A stretch of 64,000 nt of DNA, from contig CM082576.2 in the NCBI GenBank assembly GCA_040954595.2, forward strand, positions 4,314,760 to 4,378,759, written 5' to 3'. Made by a program: the position numbers and the translations under genes. This document shows, piece by piece, positions 1-12,500 of the stretch. This DNA is from Balanoglossus misakiensis. Taxonomy: Eukaryota > Animalia > Hemichordata. Under the pieces are notes generated by a model that was not told the origin of the DNA, did not search any database, and saw only the letters and a list, made by a program, of their open reading frames with translations. The stretch's first letter is position 1. Each line of letters begins with the position of its first letter.

Positions 1-3000
1 TCCCTTGGAGCAGCATCTTCTCCTGAATGACACAAACCCGTGTGATCGAATCACTAAATTTCAAATCAAAGGGATCACTTGCATGTATTAACAGCACAAC
101 CCAAAGTGCTCGGACAAATTGACCGCATTCTCATTCACCGACGGTTCTTTTCACTCAACCAGATTTGGGGGAACTGCCAAGTTCTCGTGGAACGTGTCTT
201 TAAGCTTGTCCCGGAAGCATCCTCTTTCACTGACTTTTCTCCAGTGATGGGTTATGACTAATAGAATATGTGGAGTGTGAGAATAAATCCAGTTTCTGTT
301 TAAAAGGAGGGGGGGGGATTTAGTTTTCAGATTCAGTTCACTGCACAAACTAAGTCTCTAAATTACAAGTGCATTCCCTATTTGCGAAAAACAATCACAT
401 TTACAATGGGTAATGGCGAATTGCGACCATCCATCAATTTCTAAAAGAGGAAAAAGTGCGAAAACGTAATGAAACAGTCATTTTAACACAAAGTGCAAAC
501 AAACTATATGTTGACTGCTCTTTGGGTCTGATGTGATGGCCACTTTCAAGTCTTAATGTTGGTTTACCTCACAGAGAGGCACAGAATCTTGATTCTCTGT
601 GTGATAATTGCTGTACAGTTGCCATGGTTATTTTAGTCGAGGTGTCCACACTTTAATAGAGAAGACGTACCACTCGTGAGATTGGTCTCAACTCGAGATA
701 TCAGGTCTGATGTCACCTGATATGAAGATCTTCTTTCTTTTTTTAAGGCCAAAAAATTATTTTGGACGATGTGAACATTCTCTCATGATTTGACAGAAAA
801 AAAGAGAGAGATATATGTTTGAACACAGCAAAGTTACCATCTTCTCAAAGTTTGCCATCTGTTCGGATTTTTTATCAAACCAAATTATCAGCCAACAAAG
901 TACCATAATTGTCTATAGATTGAATTTGATTAGAATATGATGATGTAATATTTTATGTAAAATTGATATTTATATTGTGCTTGCAAGTAGGCTAACAGAG
1001 TTTTACAGTTTATTTCAGTCTACAAACTTAAACCACTAAAATTACAAAATGATAATCATGTCTCTTTCAAAGGGAAATATCCAAGAATCAAACAACCGCA
1101 TTTGCTTGCAAGGGTAATATTCTGCAGCCAGTGTCTGAAGTGATTTGCGCCTTAATTGCCACTATGAATTCACTCTGTATCAAAAAAAGGCAACCGATAT
1201 TGATCAACATTAATAAATATAGCACTTTGAAGGCTTGAGCTGAGTTCATGCAGACCACCATGTTGAGCTAAGTAAGGTGTGAATCAATGCTATTAGTTAA
1301 AGTTGGCAGCTAGCGAAATGACCATCAAATCCATCCTCATTATACTTGAGTAAATAACTGGTATTTTTCTGCCGTGCCAGCAGTTCATCAGTCACTCCAT
1401 CAACAACCGAGAAGGAAAAAAAAAGTTCCAATTGTGGACTGTGAAAATAGCGGGGGCTGTAACACCAATCAAGAATAGGCAGCAGGAAGAAGCCAATATA
1501 AAAGCAATAATTTGAGCCTGGCATCATTCTTCATTTGTAGTTCAGTCAATTTTCATTTGGTGCAACTCACCACGCTTTTACTGTACTTTTTCGCAGTCAC
1601 TGAAGTCCGCAGTAATTTTTACCATCCAACCAGTGAACAAAAGTGAAGCCAAAAATCACCTCCGCTCCGCTAGCTAACTTATATTTAAAATCTAGTAAAA
1701 TGTAAAAATACTTTGTAGAAAAGCATACATATACTTTGGTGTTGTTTTAGTCTGTATCTGTGAATACGACTACTTTGGACAATAAATACAATAAGCACGC
1801 TGTTAAAATTGGATAAAAATACTTTCACTAGTTTATCATCATACCCAAGGAACGCTGGAATTTTAGTTGAAATTTCATCAACTTGAAACACTGTGCATAC
1901 CGTACATGCATGTATGTGGCCCATGAGTTACAAAAAAACATTACATGTATTCTGCTGATTAAAGTTAAACCGTTTTCCGAATGAACAGATGGGATATGAG
2001 ATACTTGGGAAAGATTTTAATGTATAAGACAAATATGACAGAAGTTTTTATGTAGCCGCTGACTAGTATACAATTTCCAGCATGCCAATTTACAAGGCTT
2101 CCATGTACAGTATCATAGCAGTGTCTGTGACGTGCGTTGTGGTTGCGGGATAAACCGGCTCCCGCATCTCAGAGCCAGACTCTCTGTACACGGATGAGAT
2201 TATTTATTCCAGCCATATAATGCTGTGAAGCCACATAGGGACCTGACCTGCTAATGATATCAGTTTGCATCACCACAGAATAAAAAATATATGTCTGACA
2301 TGTGTTTATGGAATACACTAGGAGTAACGCCGTCAATGGGAAAGGATCCGGGTTGTGATTTTCATAGCCTTCTGGGCATATTTTTAGAGCTGTTAAAACA
2401 GTGTGAATTGGCAATGCGTGGAGTCAGTTTAACTTTCATGTTGGAATATATAAAAAATTGAGGGGGGTTTAATATTTTTTATTAATTTTTGTTGTTTGCC
2501 AAGGGGTTGCTGAAAATGCCATTTTTAAAAATTAATTGAATTTGCGCTAAAAGCTTTATGGTCGTTGAAATATGTTTGCAAACAGATGAATTAGTAAGCA
2601 TCCCTGCTCTTTCTCAATAATTGAATAAACTACAGTGTGTTCTATGGTTGGATTGTTCCTTTTGTTGGAAAAGAGGGAGGGGGAGGTCTGTAGAGTTTGA
2701 GATGGTCGTGCGGTGAAGTGCGAGAGACGGAACGGCATGTACATGTAACCGCGTGATCTGTACGCACACGCAAATTTAGCGGTATTGGTTGCAATATCAT
2801 CCAATCTGTGTCAAAACCAGGCTGAATTGACTAGAAGCACACGGTGGCACTGAGCTGTTTAAAATGAATGAGCTCGGATCAAGGGCTTAACTTTCAGACT
2901 TAGTCATGACCCATGGACGTGGTGATCAGAATGAGAATTTCCCTACCTGTGGTGCGGTGTGCGAGATGCCAGATTGTGTTTGTGTTTGTGTTGGCGTTTC

Positions 3001-3428
3001 ACGGCAGCGGCGATGCGAGCTGTCATCAGCCGAGTGTGAACGGAATTTTTTTGTTCCGACTTGTTTTGCCACACCTGCCTGCACACACATGGCTCGGCCA
3101 AAATAAAACCTCTCTATCAGTCCGCTCCAATGCTTCAGTGGAGCCAACATGCCCAGACCAATTTTGGGGGCAGAAAAATCCCCCATCTCTGGTTTCAGTG
3201 TCCTAAAGTTTGGAACTGCCTTTGTTGTTTTACTTTGTTGGTACTTCTTTGTGGATGTCCACTGTGAAGTTGTTTAGAAACGTAAACAAATGTTTCAGTT
3301 ATGTTATTTTCACTGTATTAAAATTGCATTTCATCATTCAGCATGACTCCCATGTCCTTGTCTTCCATCTGAATCACACCAAATGTACACACTATTAATC
3401 TTCTTCTGTTTTTGTTTTTATTTTTCAG

Positions 3429-3518
3429 TCACTGGATGGGTTCCTATTTGCACTTACCAGTGATGGCAGATTTCTCTATGTTTCAGAAACAGTTTCTATC
3501 TACTTAGGCTTATCGCAG
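3429..3518 (+). CDS. NPAS3: NPAS1/3 exon, start of PAS-A
   Basis: ttttcag|TCA CTG GAT...TCG CAG|gtaag; 90 nt, SLDGF...LGLSQ. Too short for the ORF track. Confidence 0.93.
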
Positions 3519-6500
3519 GTAAGACACAGATAAACTCCTGTATTTTGTCTCGTTTTGACTTTAATAAATCATGCCTTACTATTTTATCAGGTGATGAATT
3601 TTATTGTTTGAATTCTTTTTTGCAGCACATAGAATTACTGAGTCTGTTCTTTAAAAATATTCTGATGAATGTTTCAAATAAAGTATTAGATGAATTCAAT
3701 CTTAACATTGTGTTTAATCAGTTCTGAACAGAAATATTTCTTGAAAGTCACACAAGGCAAATAAAACATTGGCTGGAAAAATGTGTACAATTGTAAGACA
3801 ATCTCAAACAGAAGCTAAACTATTTTCACAAAATGAGCTAAGGTCGTGCTCTTGTAACTTTATCATTCCACTATGAGATACACAATATCCATGATAGTTT
3901 TTATATTTTGCCTCGCTTACTTGCAAATATGAGAATGACGTCTTCATTTTTCATATTACTGTTATCAGTGAAATATTATCCACTTATAATTTGACACTGA
4001 AAATGAATCTTCTGAAAAAAGTCCATTCCATTTTATTCCCGGTAGATGAGCACAAAGAATTTTAATATTGAACAATTGTGGTCCAGAAGACCTACTGTTG
4101 CAGGTTTTTTGAAAATCTAAGACAAATACCAGCTCTGGGTTGTCGTTAAGGATATTTGTCGTTTCCAAGTTGTGGCAGAAAGAATTATAAAAAAAAACTG
4201 GTAGGCTGCTGGTAATGAAAATGTGAAAAGATGTGAGATCACATCATACAGACACTATCAACTCTTTCATTCCCACGCTTTAATATTGTTGATTCAGTAA
4301 TTCTCTGCTAAATTGACCCGTGCTTCATATATCCACAATAAATGGATAATCCATCGCCCTCAGGCAGTGAAATCTTAAATTATGGGTTTAATATCTCTTA
4401 AAATGCTCGACTATTGACATGATAGGGGGTAATCTACCTGGGGTTACATTGCTTTCATATGGATAGATTTCATATTGCATTTATATTTAAATGGGGCTTT
4501 TATAGCTGGCAGGTATGGGCCAACTCTTGGACCAGATTTTTTTTCTTTCTGATTTTTCCCCCCTTTTTTTAACAGAAGAACACTTTTCTATTTTATGAAT
4601 TCAGTAATCTCTGGTATCTGTAAAGATAGGCTTGTAAGGCTGGATTCGCATGATTTCTAAATGTGAGTGTAAGTGTATATTGCGCGGCAGCAAATATATG
4701 TTAATGAGGATTTGTACCCTAATTGTCATGAGCAGATAACATCAGGACAGAATTCTGACAACTTTATTCCAGCTTCCCAGGAGATCCCAATAAAGCGTAT
4801 GCACTTTTCTGCGAACAAAAATTTATGTCTTTGGACTCTAGAAATTAAAAGCAAATATTTAATGCATGAGGTTGGAGTAAAAAAGATTGTTAGAGATTTT
4901 GTGTATGTGCAGTTCATTTTGCTCAGAGTGATAACTGTCAACATTGCAAGGAAGGGGGTTTTGTGTCCCTAGTATTTTCCTCTACAGAGACTTCATGAGA
5001 AAAAAATCATTCTCAGGACAACTAAGGCTATAATTTACTGTGTCGCTGCAACTGCTATAATGATTGACTTTTTTCCCCCCGACACGCATTGTTGGAAGTG
5101 TGAACCCTTTGTCAAACTAATACGTATCTATTCTGCTGTTTCAATAAGACCCAGCATAGAGAGTAATTGAGCTCAAGGAAATAACACCAGCAGCTAAATC
5201 TGCCTTTTATCACTTTTATTTTGGCAGCTAAATAACGTGACTTCACCTTTGTTAGAATCGACAAAACGCAGGGGAAATTATAATAACGCTTTCGGTAGAG
5301 CCAGGGTCGAACAGACATGTTCTCCTCTTATGGACAGACTTGCTTTGCCTGTACTTTTGCCTGCAGACAAAAGCTGGGTTCGGGCATTACTAAAGATCAA
5401 TAAAATGGTCATATTTTTGGCTAATAAGAAGAAATTGTACGTAACTACGAACAAATTCAGTCTAGGTATCGTACACTGTAAAAATCAGAATCCATTCTAA
5501 TGTGCTTTTTTATGCCAACAACCTTCTATCAAGTTGATTTTTTTTACAGAATTTTATGTCAGCACAGTCTTGCAGTTGAACAATATCAAGAAAACACCCC
5601 ACCCTCTCTCATCTTTAAACCAAATCTTTCACTATTTTGATCCCTTTTTAATTCCATTTCAAATTTCACTGTGGGAAGTTTGGTTGACTCGACAGAGAAA
5701 GAAGAAATCATGATTATGTTAATGGAAATGACAAAACCTATCATCTTTTAGACAGAATTAGGACTTTTTAGTATAACTTTCAGGATAGCATTTTGATTCC
5801 TGACATATGGGTTGGACTTTGCGCAAAAATTTCACAGAAAAGAGCAGGGAATGACTGGATGAGAGTGGTGCTTACATGCACAGAGAGAGAGCTAAGTCTA
5901 CCTCGTGGTATATAACAGACAGGAATATGTGGCTGATTTGGAGTGGAGATAAGGGCATGGTATCAAAAGTTACAACGATAAAAACCCTGATACAGATTCC
6001 CAGTGAACACCGACGTCCAATAAATGGTTGGCAGGATTGATAGATTTTTGTGCGCAAGCCTCCCCTGATAACCGACAGAAACATGTGGCCGGCACTGCTG
6101 TAATGGAGGTCGGGACCCAGCACTTGTACTCCACAAATTTCACTCTATGATAAATATGAAAATGACGTCTTAATGAAACTTTGAAAGTGAAAGGGGCTCA
6201 CGCGCGATTGGTAGCGCGGGCCGTCCGCGATAAACGTCTGCGAGATCAAAGAGGAAGGGGAATTAGCTAGCTTTAATTATAGGTCAGCGGGTCAAAGCAC
6301 TAGAATGATACTTAGCTGGAGAGGGATACCTTTGGATTGATAGAATAGTGGGAGAGCTGAGATAGCGACACTGAAGTAAAAGTAACTCTACTTGTGCATT
6401 AAGATGTTTACAAGGAAGTCCTCAGTGTACAGGTCAGTGCAGAGGGCAGACCTGAGAGCCTTCACTATCGTATTATGTTGGGAACCAACCTTTACTGAGT

Positions 6501-9500
6501 CAAGTCTTGTGAGATTTGCATCAAAGGCAAACCCGACAGGACTTGAGGGACAGCTAGCACCCCCAACTTCTGCTAAAAGACTTCCAAGGCTGGAAGAAGA
6601 AGAAAAAAGAAATCAGTGTAATTACATTAATTATGAAGGCAAACAAAATCACTACAGATAAATGATTCCCTGGTGATCGTTTGTGCTAATGATTGGCGAT
6701 TGAAAAGGGATCTGTACTCGGAGTGGCTCAAATGTAAAGTGACAGAAAGGGAGGGCTGCAGACTGAAAAAAATCTCTTTCGGAATCCCCTCTCTTTTTCT
6801 TTCCCTCGCTCTTTTATTCATGATCGAATGAAAGCTCTTCAAGACTAAAGCTTTCCACTCAGGACACAATGTGGCTGGCTGCTTGCATGTTTTAATGTAA
6901 TGGTTTTTATAGCAGTTGCTTCAATCTGGTCGAGGGGCTGAGCTGAAATGAAGCGAGAGGCTCGGGCACAGACAATAGTCACATCCTGTGACATATTAAA
7001 ACCACCATAATTTTCAGTCGACTCAAACTTCAATTTCCTGGAAAGGTGACAGAATTCAACCAGTTATTTTCTCTCTCTCTCTCTCCTCCTGAGCATTTGA
7101 AAGTCAAAGAAGCATGAGCAAACCACACTGAACACAATACGGATCTGTTGAGGTAAACGGTAACCATGCCGACTGGAATCATTTTCCATCACCCTAGGGG
7201 ATACTGACAGTCGCAGAAGCTGAACTCACAGTCTCTGGTTGAACTAACGAGTGGCTCTGTGACTTTCCTGCATGCCCATTGAAAATCCAGAGGACAAAAA
7301 GTTAACTCAAATCTCTGTTTGAACTTAAATGCACACCGTGTAACTTTGCCTGCCCTTTTGAAATCAGCAGGACAACTCCAAGCAGCTGAACTTGGGCTGC
7401 AGTTTGTGAACTAATGAGATATCTGTATGACTTGCCTGCCCTCTTCAAATCAAGAAGCTTAAGCAATAAAAAACACACAGGTTCTCTTTTTTGGAAGTAA
7501 AATTTTCACCCTTGACTCAAACCCTGCCCTTTTGAAATCAAAGAGGATCAGTGTGCTCAGATCTCTTCCACCGTATTTAAGGATTTCACGCCTGACTACG
7601 ACGCAAAGTTATCCACGACAAGTTTATTTTTTTCACCGGTGACCAACAATCAGCAAATCAACCTGATTAAGCCATGGCTGACAGAAACCAAGCCGGCGAC
7701 AGTCCCACACAGTACAAGTATGAATTCCCAGTAATTGAGCCTGATCAAAACTTATAGCTGTTTAAACTAAACGCCATTGATTCTTGTCTCAAATTTTATC
7801 TCCTGAATTTAGAAGTTGTAAAAATTCTGAACATCAGTTAATTAGCGAGTGACATATTTACTGCAGTCAGCTCCTCATGCTGCACTGGCGCGGGATATAA
7901 ATTTCAATTTGTTGAAACCAACAATAAGGATTTATTTCTCCCAATTGTTCCAATCAACAGCTGTGCCATTGAGTTTAATTGGAGAAAAAGCAGGATCGTG
8001 AACTCTCTCGGCAGAAGACGGGGCGGAAAGTCGGGTCTCAGATGCCCCGACATTTCGCCATCTGTTTATCAGCTTCAGACTGGAAATATAAATTGCTTTT
8101 GGGGGTCCTGGGTATTGATAAAGACTGGAAAACTAGAGAAAAATTGTCATTGACATCACCCTTCGGGGGATTCACTCATTTGGAAACTCTAATCAAAGTA
8201 GATACTGAAACACTGCCTGATTGGTCAAAACTTCCACCTTGTCTATGCCACTGTCCAATCACAAGCTTGAACAGAAACTTCTCAAAGTTCCTCAAAAGGA
8301 CTTAAATCAGCTGCCTTTTTTCGGTTGTGGTAAATGATCAAAAATTTGAGTTTGTCTTCCACTTTTGTGCCCTGCTTCAGCTTTTTAAAAGTCAAGTACT
8401 AGCGCTGGCATGACATGGGCATTTTTGTCTGTGTGACTATTCATTGTGATTATGTCAGTATGTCACTGTTCGATGTAGAAGTCTTTTACAGCAAATTTCT
8501 AACTTGTGCATTCAACTTCCACCACTAATACATGTACTGTAATAGCTATACATGTACAAAATCAAGACAAAGATAAACAAGACAGACATCAAGAGTTTGA
8601 AGCATTAACTTTTCCCATTTTCCCTTTTTATTTCTTTTTTTCTCGTCCCAAGGTGGAGTTGACCGGCAGCAGTGTGTTCGACTACGTGCACCCCGCAGAT
8701 CACGCCGAATTAGCTGAGCAGCTGGGCATGAAGTTGCCGCCAAAGACAACAACAACAAGTACAACAACAACAGAGGCAAGCAGTGGGAGTGGAAGTAGTA
8801 GTGCCGCCAGTACGCCAACAGTCTCATCCCCACACACACCTCAACAAGGTAGGAAATGGAAATTGGAACTTTAAATCTTACTTTGGCCGTGAAAACCTTG
8901 AAATTGGTCTCTTTGACAATCAGTCAAGCAGATATTGCCACTTCCTCGTTACTATCTCTTACATGTACACATTCTAATAAGAAATCAAATTCTTGGAGGT
9001 ATTATAGCACTCTCTTTTGTTGAGAAAAATTGCAGATATTAACTCCACAAAAAGTCAATAGCAGATTTGGGATTAGATGGTGACATTATGAGGTGTCTGG
9101 GTTAACCGAGAGAAAATGGCTCTCTGCAACTATGAATAGTTTGGTAGCCTATCCTTTAACTGACAAAGCCTGGGGGCGACATTATAAGGAAAAAAAAAAA
9201 CAGGTGCCCATTTAACATGTGTGTAACCACCAAACCCATTCCTCTATATGTACTCCCCTTGCCGACGGATATGACAATTTCTATAAATATATTTTTATAG
9301 GCTGTCTGAGTAATCAAATTTGCCAGGTCGCATAAAAGTTGACTGCTTTCATGATACCCATGAACAAACATCCAAGTTGTAAAAGATGTTGATAATCTGT
9401 GTACTGGAAAGATTTGGTTTTTTTTAGAAAGTTTAAGAATTATTCTTCTGTTTTTGTCATCAGTTTCTCAATGTATTTAAGTTCATATTGCACAAAATTA

Positions 9501-12500
9501 CATCATTTTTTTTTCTCTCACTCGCCTAATTTGCTGATTGAAGTGTTCTGATCATGTGTGTTGGTGATGCAACTGACAGGGTAGATTATCAATCATGGTT
9601 TACTCCAATCAGCTAGAGATTCTTTGGGCTGGATACATTTGTAGGGAAGCCATAGTTGTAGCTATCAGTGACAATGGAGTTCAGAGTACGATGGCCCTTT
9701 CTGTCTGCCATTTATTATTCAGGGTGTTTTTATTACTTTTTTACTTAAAACTTGAGTAATTTTACATTAATCCCCAAACAGCCATTGTCTCTTTGTCTCT
9801 TTTCATGTGTTCTGTGTCTGATATTCATTATTTTTTACTTTGCCTTTAACCAGTTTTAGACAGTTTTTATTTATCAAAGTCTGGGTGTCACTATAGTTGT
9901 AATTGTATCTTTGGGACTAAAATCGTAAGAATTTTTGCTGTTGCAAATGTCAGTTTGTCAAGAAAATATTAGTTGCAAAAGCAGTACCACAGATATTTTT
10001 AGCTTTTAATACAAAGCTTAGACAATGAACTGTGTTCAACTCAGCGCAAGTAGAAAACTCAACTCCATAATTTTCTCAGTAAGAGAAAAGTTTGATTTTT
10101 TGGTTTCCACTGTTATTGGTACGTTCACTGCAAACGTAACAGAAGACATTGCCTCGCAAATTGAAAGATTTTTCAACTGATGTGAACAGACATGCGTGGC
10201 AACGGAGCACGTCAGACGCTGCGCTTGGTGACAGAGCAACTCAAGTCAATATGACAGAACACAGAATGCCAGACTCAGAGCTTTGTGACAGACCGCTTCA
10301 ACACTTTCACAGTTGGCCTACTCATGCCACATTCTGATCGTGGCAAAAAATTATTTTTAAGATCACCTCAACTGAGTTGGTGAACTGGAAAGTGAAAATT
10401 ATTGAAATGGAATGGAATGATCTCCCTGTACATGTTACTGCAGGATGTGTAGACATTCTTTCTGATTGCAATAAAACAGGAGGTAATGATGGTTTGAATC
10501 TTTTCAGTGATATAAACATCTTACATAAAATTTTCATACAACGAGAATGCTTTATTTAAGATGAACAGCAAAGTCATTTTTAAAATAGATGATATTAAAG
10601 CCAAAAATTTGCCACGCGATACACAGAAAAGTCCAAATGTGAACATAAAAACCAAATTCCAAAAGTTAAAAGTACAGAAATGTTTCCCTCTCTTTCAAGT
10701 ATAGTCTAGACTTCATTGTCTACAAGTAAAGGTGTGGGAATGGTTTGTGATCACAAAGTGCGAAGAAAGAGCAGCTGGAGAACGATCAGGGTGTCACTTT
10801 CTATTTTGTCCGACATAAAATCGCGGGGTTTTGTGCGATAGAGGTCTTAAATTAGTAACCAACCCCCAGTCGTAAAATCAGAGTTTTATACATGTGATCA
10901 GGCAAGCACAGAAAATGACAGGCAATGAGTAAGAGCAAAGCTTTGTAAGCCCTGCTCCTCCCCAATGATCCATTTATTTTCACTGCGTCTTATGCCTCTT
11001 CCCATTCGTCACTGTCACTCTGGACGCGGTTCTTCGCTCCGACAAACGGAAAATAACGGTTCCGTCCAGTGAGTGACATGCCAGACTGTGTTTTTTTATG
11101 AAGTGATTGGCATTTTTGTTTTGGTTCAGAGAGGGGATGTTGAGAAGAAATCCAGCAAGCTGACAAATGATATTCTCAAATGAAAGTGTTTGTGCTCAAC
11201 ATGACCAACCTTAGTACTGTGTACCTATTGAGTAGACATGGTAATTAACAAGATTGTTAATTCAGTCTTTTACTGGTTTCTCATATTTCATACACCATGA
11301 CTTTCTGTAATTACCGGTAAATGTCATATCCAATGTGAAATTTTATTTTTCAATTCTTGTTCACCACTGTGAGAAAACATGTGTTATATATTCTCCAGAA
11401 AGGTATAGCCCCATATACGTGTGAAAAGTGAACAAACCAATTTAGCACATAAACTTACTTCTCTGAGGTTATTTGTCAGTCGAATGTCAGAGAATTTGGG
11501 TCTGATTTCAAAATTTGCTCGGGTAGTGATACATTTTTATTTTGAAATCTGTGGTGATAAAACTTGGCTTTGTTTTATTATAAACCGCCAGAGGCAATCA
11601 AGAAATGGATTTAGGGGAGATATCATTCCTACCCATTAGGCATTGCAATGTGATATGTCCCTTATTTTTCAATTACCTACATTATGGGTATGAGATAATG
11701 AGTGATTGAAATCGGAAAGTTTCACAAGTGTCGTGAAGGCTGAATTTTTTTACACAGAGATCCAAAAATCTATCAACATCTTCAAGATCAAAGAAAGAGG
11801 ATTTGTCACTTCTTCTTGTAGTGTGTCATTCACACAAAGATGATATTAAACTGTCATTTTTGATTATGATATAGATTCAACATTTTCCTGTTTAAAAAGC
11901 CAGCACAACAACTCACATCAAAGTGATTTGCTGCCTTTGGTTCGAATTGTCGCAGAGGGGCAGAGTCGACACGTCAGAAACATAACACAGTTCTGATGGA
12001 CGATCCATAACAGAATTGTATCATCGTCTCAAAACACTTGCTCTGATTTCAAAATTAAATTTCTCTTTCTTTTCAATTTGACGGCTTCCCATTTGACCCT
12101 AAACCACATAGGAATGAATGAAATTACCCAGCTAGTTGTTGAAACTATAACTCTGTTAGGGACAAACAGACAAAAAAAAATTCCAGAACAAAACCCCTGT
12201 CATGATCCGTATTCTACGGGTCAATGATAATGATTTTATAATATGCCAGGGTTACGCCAGAAAGCCCCTGTTGAAGTTTTTTATCCTTCTGAAGCTATTC
12301 AACCACCCATTCCACATCAATAATTCTGAAAAGTATGAATAATTAATTTGCGAGGCAGCATATGCGTCTGAATACCAAATTAGAAGCTGATAATGGTAAA
12401 AAACTGATAAAAATCAAGATGACCCGGCAATGAAGGGCAGCTCATAATATGTGGTTAATGTTTCAGTATGGATGTCCACCTGACTGCAGTCAATCCATCT

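Noticed and set aside
698-723. 9-bp inverted repeat ATATCAGGT/ACCTGATAT
   Set aside because: A short stem like this is plausible by chance in 64 kb, and there is no supporting context.
1098-1130. GNILQ resembling the end of the exon that precedes SLDGF (..HILQ)
   Set aside because: There is no GT donor after CAG and no further similarity, so the true exon is probably upstream of the window.
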